A stretch of 64,000 nucleotides of DNA from Octopus sinensis (Eukaryota), in assembly GCF_006345805.1 (NCBI RefSeq), contig NW_021836150.1, positions 1-64,000 of the forward strand, read 5' to 3'. The notes below the pieces were generated by a model. That model ran no database searches and was not told where the DNA came from. It worked only from the letters and a program-made list of their open reading frames with translations. Position numbers and translations under genes: made by a program. Positions 24,640 through 37,500 of the stretch are shown here, in pieces; within the stretch, counting starts at the first letter, position 1; the number at the start of each line of letters is the position of its first letter.

Positions 24640-25620
24640 TGCCATTAGTTCTGCTACACTTTCATAACTTGAAACCTCCTCTGATAATTGGTAATCTGCA
24701 TTTCCTGTCACAAGGTAGGTTCATCTGGAACTCTTGACAGGAGGAAATCTAGTTTTGTTCTGAAAACACCAACATCCATCATGCATGTCTCTCAAGCTTT
24801 TCAGGAGAATATAAAGAATTGTGGGCCCTTGAAGCACCAACTTTCGCAGTGTCTGGTCCTGTACATTAATGACAATGTTGGGATCTTTGGCACCCAATTC
24901 TGGTGTTTGTGTAAATTTCAGTGTAAAAGTCCTTCCAGGCTTTTCCATATGTATATCAATGCATATCTTTGACATCTTCATGGTAGGGAGTAGAGTCGAC
25001 TTTTTCAGCCTTTCCCAGTAGCTAACCTGTTGCAGTGAAACAATCTTCTTTGTGTAGCTTCACTGGATTGCTTTGAGTTCCACCATTAACTTTACACTGT
25101 GTGGGGACCATAGTTGGAAGCAGTAGTTTGACTGAACACAACTGTCCTTCAGAGGACCATCATGGTTTCTGTTCTCTTACCCTGAAAGTTCTAAGGATCC
25201 ATCCGGCCAGCCACCAGCATTTTATTGGCAACTTTGTAATATGCACCTGGAAAGAGAGATAATTTCTCATATCAATGCCCAGGTTACACACTGATTTTAA
25301 TTCAAAGATTGAAACCCCTTCCATGGCAATATATCCTATCTGAATTTCATTGAGCTTGATGTGCTGTTAGTAAAGGGCTTGGAATTTTCCGTTATTAAAC
25401 TGCATGTTATTGTTCTAAGCTCACCTATATACTGCTCTGAAATCCTGTGGCAGGTGCATAACATCTCCATGGTTTTTGTATTTTCTTACAGACTTTTGTA
25501 TCATCTGCATAGCTAGCAAGGATGGCTATCGAGAGTATATCTGAGAAGGCCACCATGTGGCATTCCTGTGGAATACCACTCACTGTTTTGTCTCAAAACA
25601 TCTGATGCTTTGGATGGGTC
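24640..25620 (-). mobile_element. CR1-like LINE ORF2 relic (RT through C-terminus)
   Basis: Minus strand gives VSGIPQ..SYADDTKV (YADD at 25501-25512)..NNMQFNNGKFQ..NLGIDM..LAGWILRTF, with many stops and frameshifts. Confidence 0.85.
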
Positions 25621-25963
25621 TTACATGCCCTCAAGTCAAAGCATTATGAAATATATATATATGCAGGTGTGACCTTGTGGTTAGAAAGCTTGCTTTCCAA
25701 CCACTTGGTTTCAAGTTCAGTCCCAATGTGTGAATCTTTAAACAAGTCTTTCTTTTGTTCTGTAGTCTCAGACAGACCAAAATCCTGTGGGTGGATGTGA
25801 TGAATAGGAACTGGAAGCAGCCTTATATATATATAGATACAAACATATACATACATACACACACATATATATACATATATTTATATATATATACGGACAT
25901 ACATATATATACATACATATATATAAATACATACATATATATAATACATACATACATATACAC

Positions 25964-25995
<32 letters not shown>

Positions 25996-26231
25996 ACGCA
26001 CATATATTAACACATATATATATATATAATATATATATATATATATACACACACACATATATACGTATATATATTAACATATATATATGTATACATGTAT
26101 GTACAGATTATATATTATTTTATTCTTTTACTTGTTTCAGTCATCTGACTGTGGCCATGGTGGAGCACCACTTCAAAGGGTTTTAGTCGAAGAAATTAAT
26201 TGACCCCAGGACTTATTCTTTGTATATATTA

Positions 26232-26273
<42 letters not shown>

Positions 26274-26617
26274 TAACATATACATACATATATATATGAA
26301 GAAAGTATAATGGTTTTTTTAATACTTTCTGGATTAGCTGGAAGCTCTATTTAGAAGTTAGAAGCTTTCTTATATTCTTTATCTTTTTCTACCTCTGTAC
26401 TACAATGCTTCAGCTACACATGTACATCTTTACACAGACACACAAACATATATATTTACATAAGAAATAGATGTAGGTATGACTGTGTGATAGGAAGTTT
26501 ACTTGCCAGCTAGATTTTTCTGTGTTTTGTTCCACTGTGTCCATGTCTTCTCCTGTAGCCCCAGGCTGATCAAAACCTTGCAAGTGAAGTTGTTAAGCAG
26601 AATCTTACAGAAGCCTG

Positions 26618-26662
<45 letters not shown>

Positions 26663-26866
26663 CATGTATGTGTGCATATGAATCTTCTTGTAAATGATTG
26701 CCAGTCATCAAAGCAGTTTCAGTCATTTCCAATCTTCTGTGAGTACATGTCTAGACATCGAGATATATTACTCTGCTTGGAACTAGGTGAGAGTTGGTGA
26801 CAGGAAAGGCATTCAGCTGTAGGAAATCTAGCTCAATAAACTGTGGCTGTATATATATATATATAT

Positions 26867-27033
26867 AAAATACAGTGTACATTTAAACACATTAAGAGGT
26901 TTCTATCATAGGAATCCTTTATGCTAGAAAGAACAGCTAAAGCCCAAACCACTAATTAGGGATAAATTTTTTCTAGCATAAGGGATTCCAATGATGGAAA
27001 CCTCTTAATGTGTTTAAATATACACTGTATTTT
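26867..27033. mobile_element. MITE-like hairpin with 64-bp inverted arms, in TA context
   Basis: 26867-26930 and 26970-27033 are reverse complements with 4 mismatches. Confidence 0.85.
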
Positions 27034-27200
27034 ATATGAATAATATATAGTCTATTGACTAATTTTTCTATACACTAGGCAACTGGTGGTAAAAATTTTT
27101 TAAATCTTTATTACCCTGATATTATTAATTATATATATATATATATCATCATCATCATCTTCATCACTGTCGTTTAATGTCTGCCTTCCATATTAGCATG

Positions 27201-27234
<34 letters not shown>

Positions 27235-27244
27235 AATACATATC

Positions 27245-27622
27245 TCTTTTATCTGTTTAAGTCATTAGACTGTGGCCATGCTGGGGCACTGCCTTGAAGA
27301 ACTCTTTAGTTGAATGAATTGGTCCCAGCACTAATATATTTTTTTAAAGCCTTGTACATATTGTACATCTCTCTCTTTGCTGAACAACTCAGTTATGGGG
27401 ATGTAAACAAACCAATACCAGTTGTCAAGCAATGGTGGGAGACAAACATATATATACGATTGGTTTCTTTCAGTTTCTGTCAACCAATCCTACTCACAAG
27501 ACTTTGGTCAGCCCGAGGCTATAGTACAAGACTCTTGCTCAAGGTGCCACAGTGTGGGACTGAACTGGGAACTGTGTAGATGGGAAGCAAGTTTCTCACT
27601 ACACAACCACGCCTGCACCTAG

Positions 27623-27625
<3 letters not shown>
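27245..27625 (-). mobile_element. SINE family A, diverged (further diverged copies at 25655-25830, 26115-26225, 26470-26620, 28250-28690, 30470-30955, 33560-33930, 34280-34450)
   Basis: Recognisable A head and tail blocks at lower identity. Confidence 0.75.
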
Positions 27626-27681
<56 letters not shown>

Positions 27682-27878
27682 AAGAGAAAAAGAGAGAGGC
27701 AGAGAGATTGTTGTAGATATCTAGATAGTTATAGATATATACACATAAATATATGAATTACATGAACATAGAAAGGACTGCATCCATTACGTAAACTTTC
27801 CTCAGTTAAAATATTTCAAGGTATGAACTTGTTGATGGAAATATTTCTACATATGGTCAGAGCATTTAGTTGGCTATA

Positions 27879-27917
<39 letters not shown>

Positions 27918-28497
27918 CTATATAATTAGGGTTCAGCAAGGATTTGCTTCACCACATACCGAAGTTTAGAAATAGCAGTCAAAAAATCTTAGCTATTTCT
28001 TCTACTTTAAAGGGAGTTCCCAGAAAAAACAAAACACTTGAAAACAAACCACGCAGGCAAAAGGGGAAAAAATGACGAAAATCATTCTATAAAATGTACG
28101 TCCGTTACCCACGGACGTACATTTCAGAATTAAGTCAGTAATTTCACCCTTTGTTTATGATATATATATGTGTGTGTGTGAGTATATCTGCATATCCATT
28201 AATATGTATATAGATATCTGTGTGGATGCATATATATATGTATATATATTTTCTTTTTATTTGTTTCTGTCATTATAGTGTGGCCATGCTAAGGCATTGC
28301 CTTGTAGAATTTTTTTTTCAGATCAAACGAATAAACCCCAGTGCTTATTTTTTAAAGCCTGATATGTATTTTATCAGCCTTTTTTTTTTTTTGCCAAACT
28401 GCTAAGTTCAGAGAATTGAACACCCCAACTCTGGCTGTCATGCAGTGGTAGAGGCTAAACACAAACACAAAGATACACACACACACGTATATATATA

Positions 28498-28528
<31 letters not shown>

Positions 28529-28757
28529 AGTGTGTGTGCAACAGGCTTCTCTTCAATTTCTGTTCACCAGATTTATTCACAAGGTTTTGGTTGACCTGAT
28601 GCTATAGTAGAAGACACCCAAGGTGCCATGCAGTGGGACTGAACCTGGAACCATGTAGTTAGGAAGCAAACTTCTAACCATACAGCCACATCTGTACCTA
28701 TATATATATGTGTGTGTGTATCTCTTTCTTTCTGCATATACATACGCATACATGCAC

Positions 28758-28815
<58 letters not shown>

Positions 28816-29380
28816 TATATACACACATATGGATGTAGATGTGTTGTATGTGTGACTATGATTGTGTATACACAAATATAGATATTTACTTAAGTACTTT
28901 GATTTTTCTCTCAGTTCCTTCAACAAAATGATAGACTCCCTCCAGCGAAAGAATCAATCATTAACGTAAAGTACACAAACGATCTTCGTGTGTTATTTAT
29001 GCTTTGTTATATTTGTACCTCGAAACATATTCTTTCATTCGTACACATATACACTTCTATGCATATATACATATATATACGCACACGTGTGCAAATGAAA
29101 AAATTATGAATATATAAATAAAGGTAATTGTATATGAGTATAGAAATATACATGCATATATAATTTATATGCTTTATTAAATAGAACTGAACCATATACA
29201 CCCTACTATGTGTATTCTATATGGAGAATATCTGATTCTCATCTATGAGCTATATATAATTTATATATATATATATATAATATATATCATCATCATTTAA
29301 CGTTTGCCTTACATGCTAGCATGGGTATACATGTATGTATATATCATATATATATATATACACTTACATATACGTGTGTA

Positions 29381-29411
<31 letters not shown>

Positions 29412-29558
29412 CACACACATTCATATAATGTATATATTTTTATGTTTCAGCCCTAAGGTTGTGGCCATGCTGGAGCACCGTCAGTGTAATCATCTTTTCA
29501 ATCTTGTGATTGGCATTTGATGAAGGAGGGAATTTGACACTGCTGCCCTCTTTCAATG

Positions 29559-29589
<31 letters not shown>

Positions 29590-29591
<2 letters not shown>

Positions 29592-29773
29592 CACGTAAAA
29601 AGCACCCACTACAATCTCAGAGGGGTTAGCGTTAGGAAGGGCATCCAGCAGTAGAAACTCTGCCAGATCAGATTGGAGCCTGGTGCAGCCATCTGGTTTG
29701 CCAGTCCTCAGTCAAATCGTCCAACCCATGCTAGCATGGCAAGCAGACGTTAAACGATGATGATGATAATGAT
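29590..29773 (+). mobile_element. family B copy in a (TA)n array
   Basis: gcgttaggaagggcatccagc..aacccatgctagcatgg..gacgttaaacgatgatgatg. Confidence 0.85.
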
Positions 29774-30771
29774 ATATATATAGTTAGCCAAATATATGTG
29801 GTTGTATATATGAATGTATATATCTTCCTTGTCACTAAAATCACAATTATCTCTTACACTTTTTGCTAGTCAGATTTTAAGCATGTGAACCAAACCTATA
29901 TGCATTATTTTTAATTGGGTCTTTTCTCCCTTTTTTTTTGTAATCACCTCCTTATTCCAATCTACCCTGGACTTTCTGCTAGCTTCTGATTAAGGACTTC
30001 ACACCTGTTACTCCACAACATATATTCCCCAGAAATCTGATTTTTATAAATAACATTCAGCTGGCATATTGGTCATTTAATTAGTTATTGCTTCAGGAAG
30101 CAAAGAGCTTTGCTTAGGTGGATAGGTTTGACAGCTTTCGGTGCTATTTGAGAGAAGCCTTCAGTGACCCCTTACATTCTTGTGTTTCTGTGTGTGTGTG
30201 AGCATACACATACAAACACACACACATTTACACAAGCATGAAAATGGTGACTGTCAAAAAGAACAGTGAAAACAATCAGACCTTAAATGGAGAGATTACT
30301 ATATTATTTTACATTTTTCATTGTGTTACCCATACACATATGTGTGTGTGTATATATCATGATCTATCTGTCTATCTATCTACATATATTTAGCTACATT
30401 TTCCTTTCTATCTCCTCTATCTTTATATATGTATCAACATTCCATTATATATAATGATACACACATATATATATTTTCTTTTACTTGTTTATCATTTGAC
30501 TGTGACCATGCTGGAGTACTGCCTTTAGTCGAACAAATCGACCCCAGAACTTATTCTTTGCAAGCCTAGTACTTATTCCATTGGTGTCTTTTGCTGAACT
30601 GCTAAGTTACAGAGACATAAACACACCAACATCTGTTGTCAAGTGATGGTGGGGGGACAAACACAGATACACAAATACACACACACACCACACACACATA
30701 TATATATATATTGTTGTGCAAGATTTTTTATTGGTTAAACTGGTAATATGACCATTCCGAAATAAACAATA

Positions 30772-30812
<41 letters not shown>

Positions 30813-31034
30813 GTCAGGCATCTTTCATTTTCCATCTACCAAATCCACTCACAAAGCTTTGGTCAACCCAAAGCTAAAGAAGTTACTTGCTCAAGGTGCC
30901 ACACCATAAGACTGAACCCGGAACCATGTGGTTGGAAAGCAAGTTCCTTACCATACATATATATGTATGTGTATATAATATATATATGTATGTGTATGTA
31001 ATATATATATATGTCCTTGTGGAAGCTGTTGTGC

Positions 31035-31112
31035 GCGGCTGAAGAAGGCCACAGACATACATTATGCATTGTTATAAATCTGTCTAATAAAGGCCCGAAA
31101 CATATGTACCGC
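31035..31112 (+). ncRNA. minimal type I hammerhead ribozyme
   Basis: Stem I GCGG(31035-38)/CCGC(31109-12); core CTGAAGA (31039-45) plus an extra A; stem II GGCC(31047-50)/GGCC(31092-95) plus one extra C; GAAA (31097-100); palindromic stem III ACATATGT; triplet GTA (31106-08). Confidence 0.8.
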
Positions 31113-31755
31113 TGAATCCTTCGCATCATGTTTTTATATATATATATATATATATATATCTTGGACTGCCCATGTTCAGTATACTGCAGGATGAAGGCCT
31201 CGGCATGTTATCTCCACCAACCACAGTCAGATGTGGTGGCCATAAATTTGAGCTTGAGATCATACTGGTTTGATGAGTTCACTGTGACAAACTGGCTTAT
31301 ATATATATATATATATGTATGTATATATATATACACACATATATACATTATGCTAGAATGGAAAACTGATGTTAAATGATGATGCACATAAATATATATC
31401 TTCGTGTATTCAGGGTACAGCATAACTCCTAATAGTCTCATGACTGACTAACCAATTTTGTTATACTTCAGAAAATGTAGAGCTAGCACATTTCATAAAG
31501 GATAGTTTATATAGATATACAAATATATGAGGATACCTGACAAATTCACCAGGAATCTTCATGTCTGTAGTGTATGATTTGTTTAACATTAAAGACTGTC
31601 TGTACTTGAAATTTTCACAAACTATCAGAAAGTGATATTCTTCATACCACACACAAAATTATATCATGCTCTACTTCTTTCATTTATACTAATTTATGCT
31701 ATACATACACAAACACACATATATATATATATATATATATGATAATAATCATATA

Positions 31756-31804
31756 CAGCATGGCCACAGTCTAATGACTTAAACAGATAAAAGAGATATG
31801 TATT

Positions 31805-31838
<34 letters not shown>

Positions 31839-31996
31839 CATGCTAATATGGAAGGCAGACATTAAACGACAGTGATGAAGATGATGATGATGATGATATA
31901 TATATATATAATTAATAATATCAGGGTAATAAAGATTTAAAAAATTTTTACCACCATTTGCCAAGCGTATAGAAAAATTAGTCAATAGACTATATA
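31756..31996 (-). repeat. inverted duplicate of 27044-27283
   Basis: ~240 bp match in reverse complement with three clustered substitutions and small microsatellite length differences. Confidence 0.9.
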
Positions 31997-32007
31997 TACA
32001 TACACAA

Positions 32008-32049
<42 letters not shown>

Positions 32050-32246
32050 ATATAACTATGTTCATATGGATATATATATATATATATATACCCCAGAAAC
32101 ACATGCACGCAGATATATGCATACATATATACATGTGCACATGTACATGTATACATATTTTGCTTTGACTTACAGGCTCAAATATCTTCATATACATGAA
32201 AAAATAACATGCGTGGATAAAATCTGAAAAACTTGTAAAAACTTCC

Positions 32247-32283
32247 CTGGTTGAAGATGTTCGCAGAATGAAACTTGTACCAG
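32247..32283 (+). ncRNA. decayed minimal hammerhead motif
   Basis: CTGG-TTGAAGA-T-GTTC-gca-GAAT-GAAAC-TT-GTA-CCAG. Stem I and GTA are intact; C-to-T changes in the core and in stem II. Confidence 0.5.
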
Positions 32284-32792
32284 TCAATGTAAAAAGATGT
32301 ATATATAGATATGTATATGCATATATACACATTCATGTGTGTGAATAATATATCTATATATATCTTCATATACATACATATATATATATACAAATACATA
32401 GACATACATATATATATATATATATATATACATACATACACACATATATATATATACATATATATACACACATATATATATATATATATATATAATCATA
32501 CCACAGACACATATGTGTGTCATGATTATTATCATCATCATTTATTGTCCCACATTCCTTGCTGGTATGGATAGGATGGTTTGACAGGGTATGATGGATC
32601 TGAGGACAGCTTCAAACTCCAATGTCTTCTTTTGCATAGTTTTTGAGGCTCACTGCACTATCAACCACTTTACAGTGAGTAATGGGTGCTTTTTTTCATG
32701 GCACTTTCCTTAATTGCCTTCCTATGTATATATAAATAACGTTCCTTCACAGTATGTATATGGCACCACTAAATGTGTGTGTTTGTATATAA

Positions 32793-32832
<40 letters not shown>

Positions 32833-34569
32833 TATATAAATACACATACACTTGAGTGTACATGTGAATATGTATATACACTTAGGTATATAGATGCATG
32901 TACACACATATTTATACATAACCATAATATACACATTAATAACACATATGTACGCACAAACTATATGCATATATGTATATTTATTCATTCATTTTTATAT
33001 GCTTTTTTTTTACCAACGTAAGATGGGCTATATAGATTTCTTTTTTACAATTGGTTACCTTTCTTGTTTGAACCCAATCATATATATCAAGTAAACCTTC
33101 TTCCATTTCAATGGAAATTTATTTGATAGAGAAAGTGACAACAACATCACTCTTGTAATTGAAAGATTTTCAGACAAGTGCAGATGGAAACACAGTCACA
33201 TACAGAGGTATGTGTCTACCTGTATTTTTATACGTACACATAGCATACTTCTATCAGTTTCCATTCATGAAATCCACTCGCAATTTTTTGGTCAATGGGC
33301 GCTATTTTACAAGGTGCTGGTCAAGAAGAGAGACAAAGAATGAATGAGCAAAACTTGTGGTATCACTTTAGAGCATTAATTTATAAACTATTCTGCACTA
33401 TTTTGAAATTTTAAATTAAATCTTCTAAAGTGATACCACATTTTGCTTGTTCATTCACTGCTTCTAATATATATCTAACTACTCAACGAAGACCACTTCT
33501 ACCTATCTTCGATAAGCAACTTCAATGCCCCCACTTTTCTTTTCAGTTGCAGTTCAAGCTGGAGTTTTGGTAGTAAAGCTGTGTGGTTCAGAAATTCACT
33601 CTGCATCCATGTGCTTTTGGATTCAGTCCCAGCGAGTAGCACCTTGGACATGTGTCTTCTTCTATGACCTGTGGCCAACCAATGCCCTGTGAGTGAATTT
33701 GATAGAGAGAAACTGTGCACAAGCCTTTTGTGTGTGCTTGTCCCACCTCAATTGCTTGACAGCTGGTGCAAGTTTATTTATGTTCCTAAAACTGTGCAGT
33801 TCATACCAAAGGAAGAAACCAATAGAATAAGCACCAGATCTTTAAAATGAATAAATAATACTGGGGTCAATCTGTTTGATGGTATTCCAGCACGATTGCA
33901 GTCCAATGACCGAAACAAGTAAAAGAGATACATACACACACACACACATATATATACCCACAAATATAATATTCACTCATACATACGTATATTTTTTCAT
34001 ATATAAATGCACACATACATTTGTGAACACGCATATATATATATATGTATGTACACACACAGTTTTAGATATATAATTACAGTGGTGGAGTATCTGCACT
34101 TTTCGAAGATGAGGATTCACTTGCTTAATCAACTGAATCACCCCTTCCTGAATTAATATGTAAGTGGCTAAGGGTTCCACATACATGCACACTATTAACA
34201 TAGTTCACGGTCAGTATCAATGTGATACAGTATTTGATAAGCTTGTAGCTTTTGAATTTTAGGTACAATCCACCCAATAGGCTTTTACATTTTTGGCGTC
34301 TATCAAATTTTACTCACAAATTATATATATGGTTGACCTGAAGCTACAGAAATATGACAATAGCTCAAGATATCATGCACTGAGATTGAACCTCCGGGAC
34401 TTTACAGTTGTGAAGTGAACTTTATAACCATTCAGTCATACTTGCACCTACAAACATATATATATATATCTGTATGTACATAGTCATACTTGCACCTACA
34501 TATATATATATATATATATCATATAAGCTGACAGTCTTGCCTCATATGTATGTTGTTCTTAGTACCAAA

Positions 34570-37500
34570 GTATGTTTTTATTGTTATATTTATTAGTATG
34601 TAATTTATTTCAAAGTATATATTGTTTCATTATTCTCAATTTTTAGACGTGAATTTAATTTTTCATTGTATAGTTTGGTGTGGTTGGTTTGTGAGTTGGT
34701 CATAATTTGTTTCATATGTCTTATTTTTTGGTTATATTACGATTCTTAAGCTGAATTGCGATTATTTGTATGTTTTAGTTTTTGACAATTTATGGTATTT
34801 TAGGAATAGGTATGTTCATAATTTGTGGTGAAAGTAGAAACATTTGCACTATATACTTCCAAACAGCAATGGATATTTTTCTAAGGTTGTTTGTCACCAA
34901 TGGAAATAGTAATGCTGCTATTAGTTTGGAAACCAAGTCAATATCCATTGGACAGCAGATAAGAGGAATTCCTCAGCTGTATTAAAATTGGATTCCTTGG
35001 TATTATTAGTAATGACAAAAATGGAAAAAAATACTGTTATATGTATAATGTGGCTTGAACTCTGCATGCTGGCTTATCCTGAGATATGATGATTATAGAC
35101 AAACAGTGTGGAGGATAGGAGTCAATTGTGAAACTGTTTACTGAGCTTCAAAACTTTTGGTAATATACTGCACTTCCAGCAAGCTTTTAAATATTTGTTT
35201 GTGTGTGTGTATGTATGTATACACATACACAGCTACAACCATACACTCATATTTTAATGAAAAATATGGATGATGATGATTTTAATTCACACTTCCTTAG
35301 CAGTGTCACTCACAGTATGGACTCTCATATTTTGTATAACAAACATAAGCATTAATTAGAGTGCTGAAAAGATTTATACTTTGAATTTGAAGCTGATGAT
35401 TCCTTTCATTGATATTTTGGGTTTCCTGTTCTTGTGATTTCATTCTAGTGAACATACAAGGCAAGAAACTTGGATGGTGTATTGATGCAGTGAATCATTA
35501 GCTTTGAACCAATATTTAAACTTTACTCCATATATGAAGTACACTTTCTCCTTTACACACACACACACACATACACACACACCATGTAATATTTTTTTTC
35601 TTGAAATGTAAGTATATATTCATATTATGTATTAACACATACACAAGTATAATTCAAAAGGATTTCTTTAAGACAGTTTGAAAATTTTATGAAACAGAAA
35701 TCAATCTTTTTTTTTTCTTAATTTATTTTAACTGATTACACCCGAATATTGAAATGTTTTCATTTCTTTTTTTTTTTTGTTGTTTTTGGATGAATTGAAA
35801 CAATAGTAACTAAAGACATTTAAACAGATTGATTGTCATCCAATGAAAGAAGACCATATCTTTAAATGACATTAATTTTTAAACACTTATATTTAATAGT
35901 TTATAAAATAGTTCCATAGCATTTTCATCATTTATCATCTCTAACTTATTTTAACAATAACAAACCAGTGAATTATAACAAACAAAACAATAACTGGCAG
36001 AAATATCAACCAACAGCTACCTTGAAGATCAACTGCCATGGTAAGATATAAAAATTCAGGAAGTTGAGAAGCAAAGATATGCAAATTTAATTTCCTTTTT
36101 CTGATAGGAGTCTTGGAGAAATAAGTTTGCAAATGAAGTGCTAATTTTGTTAGGGTTTATAATTCTATGTATTTTACAGACATTCCACAAATGATTTTTA
36201 ATTTAAGTGCCTTTTACATGAAATACTTGACATGTATATCTTAAAGTCTATTTTGCAAATATTTATGAAATGCAAGGAACTTGTTCCATTTTAATCTCCA
36301 CATCTATTGGATATATTTTTGCAGTTTATATATGTCGAAGCATTTCATTACTTTAATCTACCACGGGACTGTTACTGACAACTATATGTAGCCAAAGCAC
36401 CCTTTAGAATCAACAAGTACTGATTTAGGAAAAGAGAGCAAAAGAGAGAGAGAGAGAGATTGAAGAAAAAGCATTCATCATAAGGCAGAAAGAAAGGAAA
36501 TATATGTCTATTGTTTCATAAGGAGTGTTAAGCATGACAAACCTTTATTTACTAAATTTAATAAAAAATACATATTTATAGTATGTTATAATATATTTCT
36601 CCTATAAAAACAACAAAATACATCAGATGTCTGGTATGTTGAAGGAGTTTAATAAACCTTAATGGTCAGCATTTATTTGATTTGTTATTGCTGTTAGATA
36701 TCTAACTGTGAAACTTCATTTATGGAAGGAATTATGATAATATTATGTGAACATTTAGATACAAAAATAGAGAAAGAAGGAAAGAAATATAAGGCAGAAA
36801 CGAAAATAAACATAAAATCTAGTTTTCCAGCATTTCTAAAATGCTGCCACTTTTCTGTTATCTCTTTTTCTTCTTTTTTGATTTTTTACATAGTTAGTTT
36901 ACAGTGGCTCAACATAACACAAGGAAAAATTGCCTGATGTATAGAAACCTAACAAATTAACAATAACATCAACTACAACAAAATATTTGTTAATTAAAAG
37001 CCACTTATACTTAGTTCAGAGATAAAATATGACTATGAGGGGCAAAAAGAAAGAAGATGGGACTCAGCCAGTTACTTGTATTCAAATAAGTTGTGGCAGG
37101 AATATCTGGTCGTTCCATAAGTAACATTCCTTTATTTTTTTTTTTTTGGTTTTGGTTTTATTTCATGCACCTTTATTTACATGAAACAATAAGAAATATT
37201 ATCAAATAACCCTATATGGCAACTCATGATATGACCTGATACATTTGGAGAATGACAGGCAGGCAGACAGAAATTAAGTGAGAAAGAATTTATGGATTTT
37301 GAATATGGAAAAAAAAAAAAAAAATGTATCAAAGCCATTTTTCCTTAATATATTTTCATGCAAATAAACATTTCAAGCAAATTATCAAGCACATTTCTTG
37401 GATGTTGATCAGATATTTCCATGTTTCTCATAAGTGATAGGTGTTCATTTTCTTTTAGTATTTATGTAGATTTTCTTTTCTTTATGTTGAACAAAAATAA

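Noticed and set aside
33130-34157. Two possible + strand exons (33130-33207, 34083-34157) that could join in phase
   Set aside because: Mediocre acceptors, ambiguous frame, short product with no recognisable domain.
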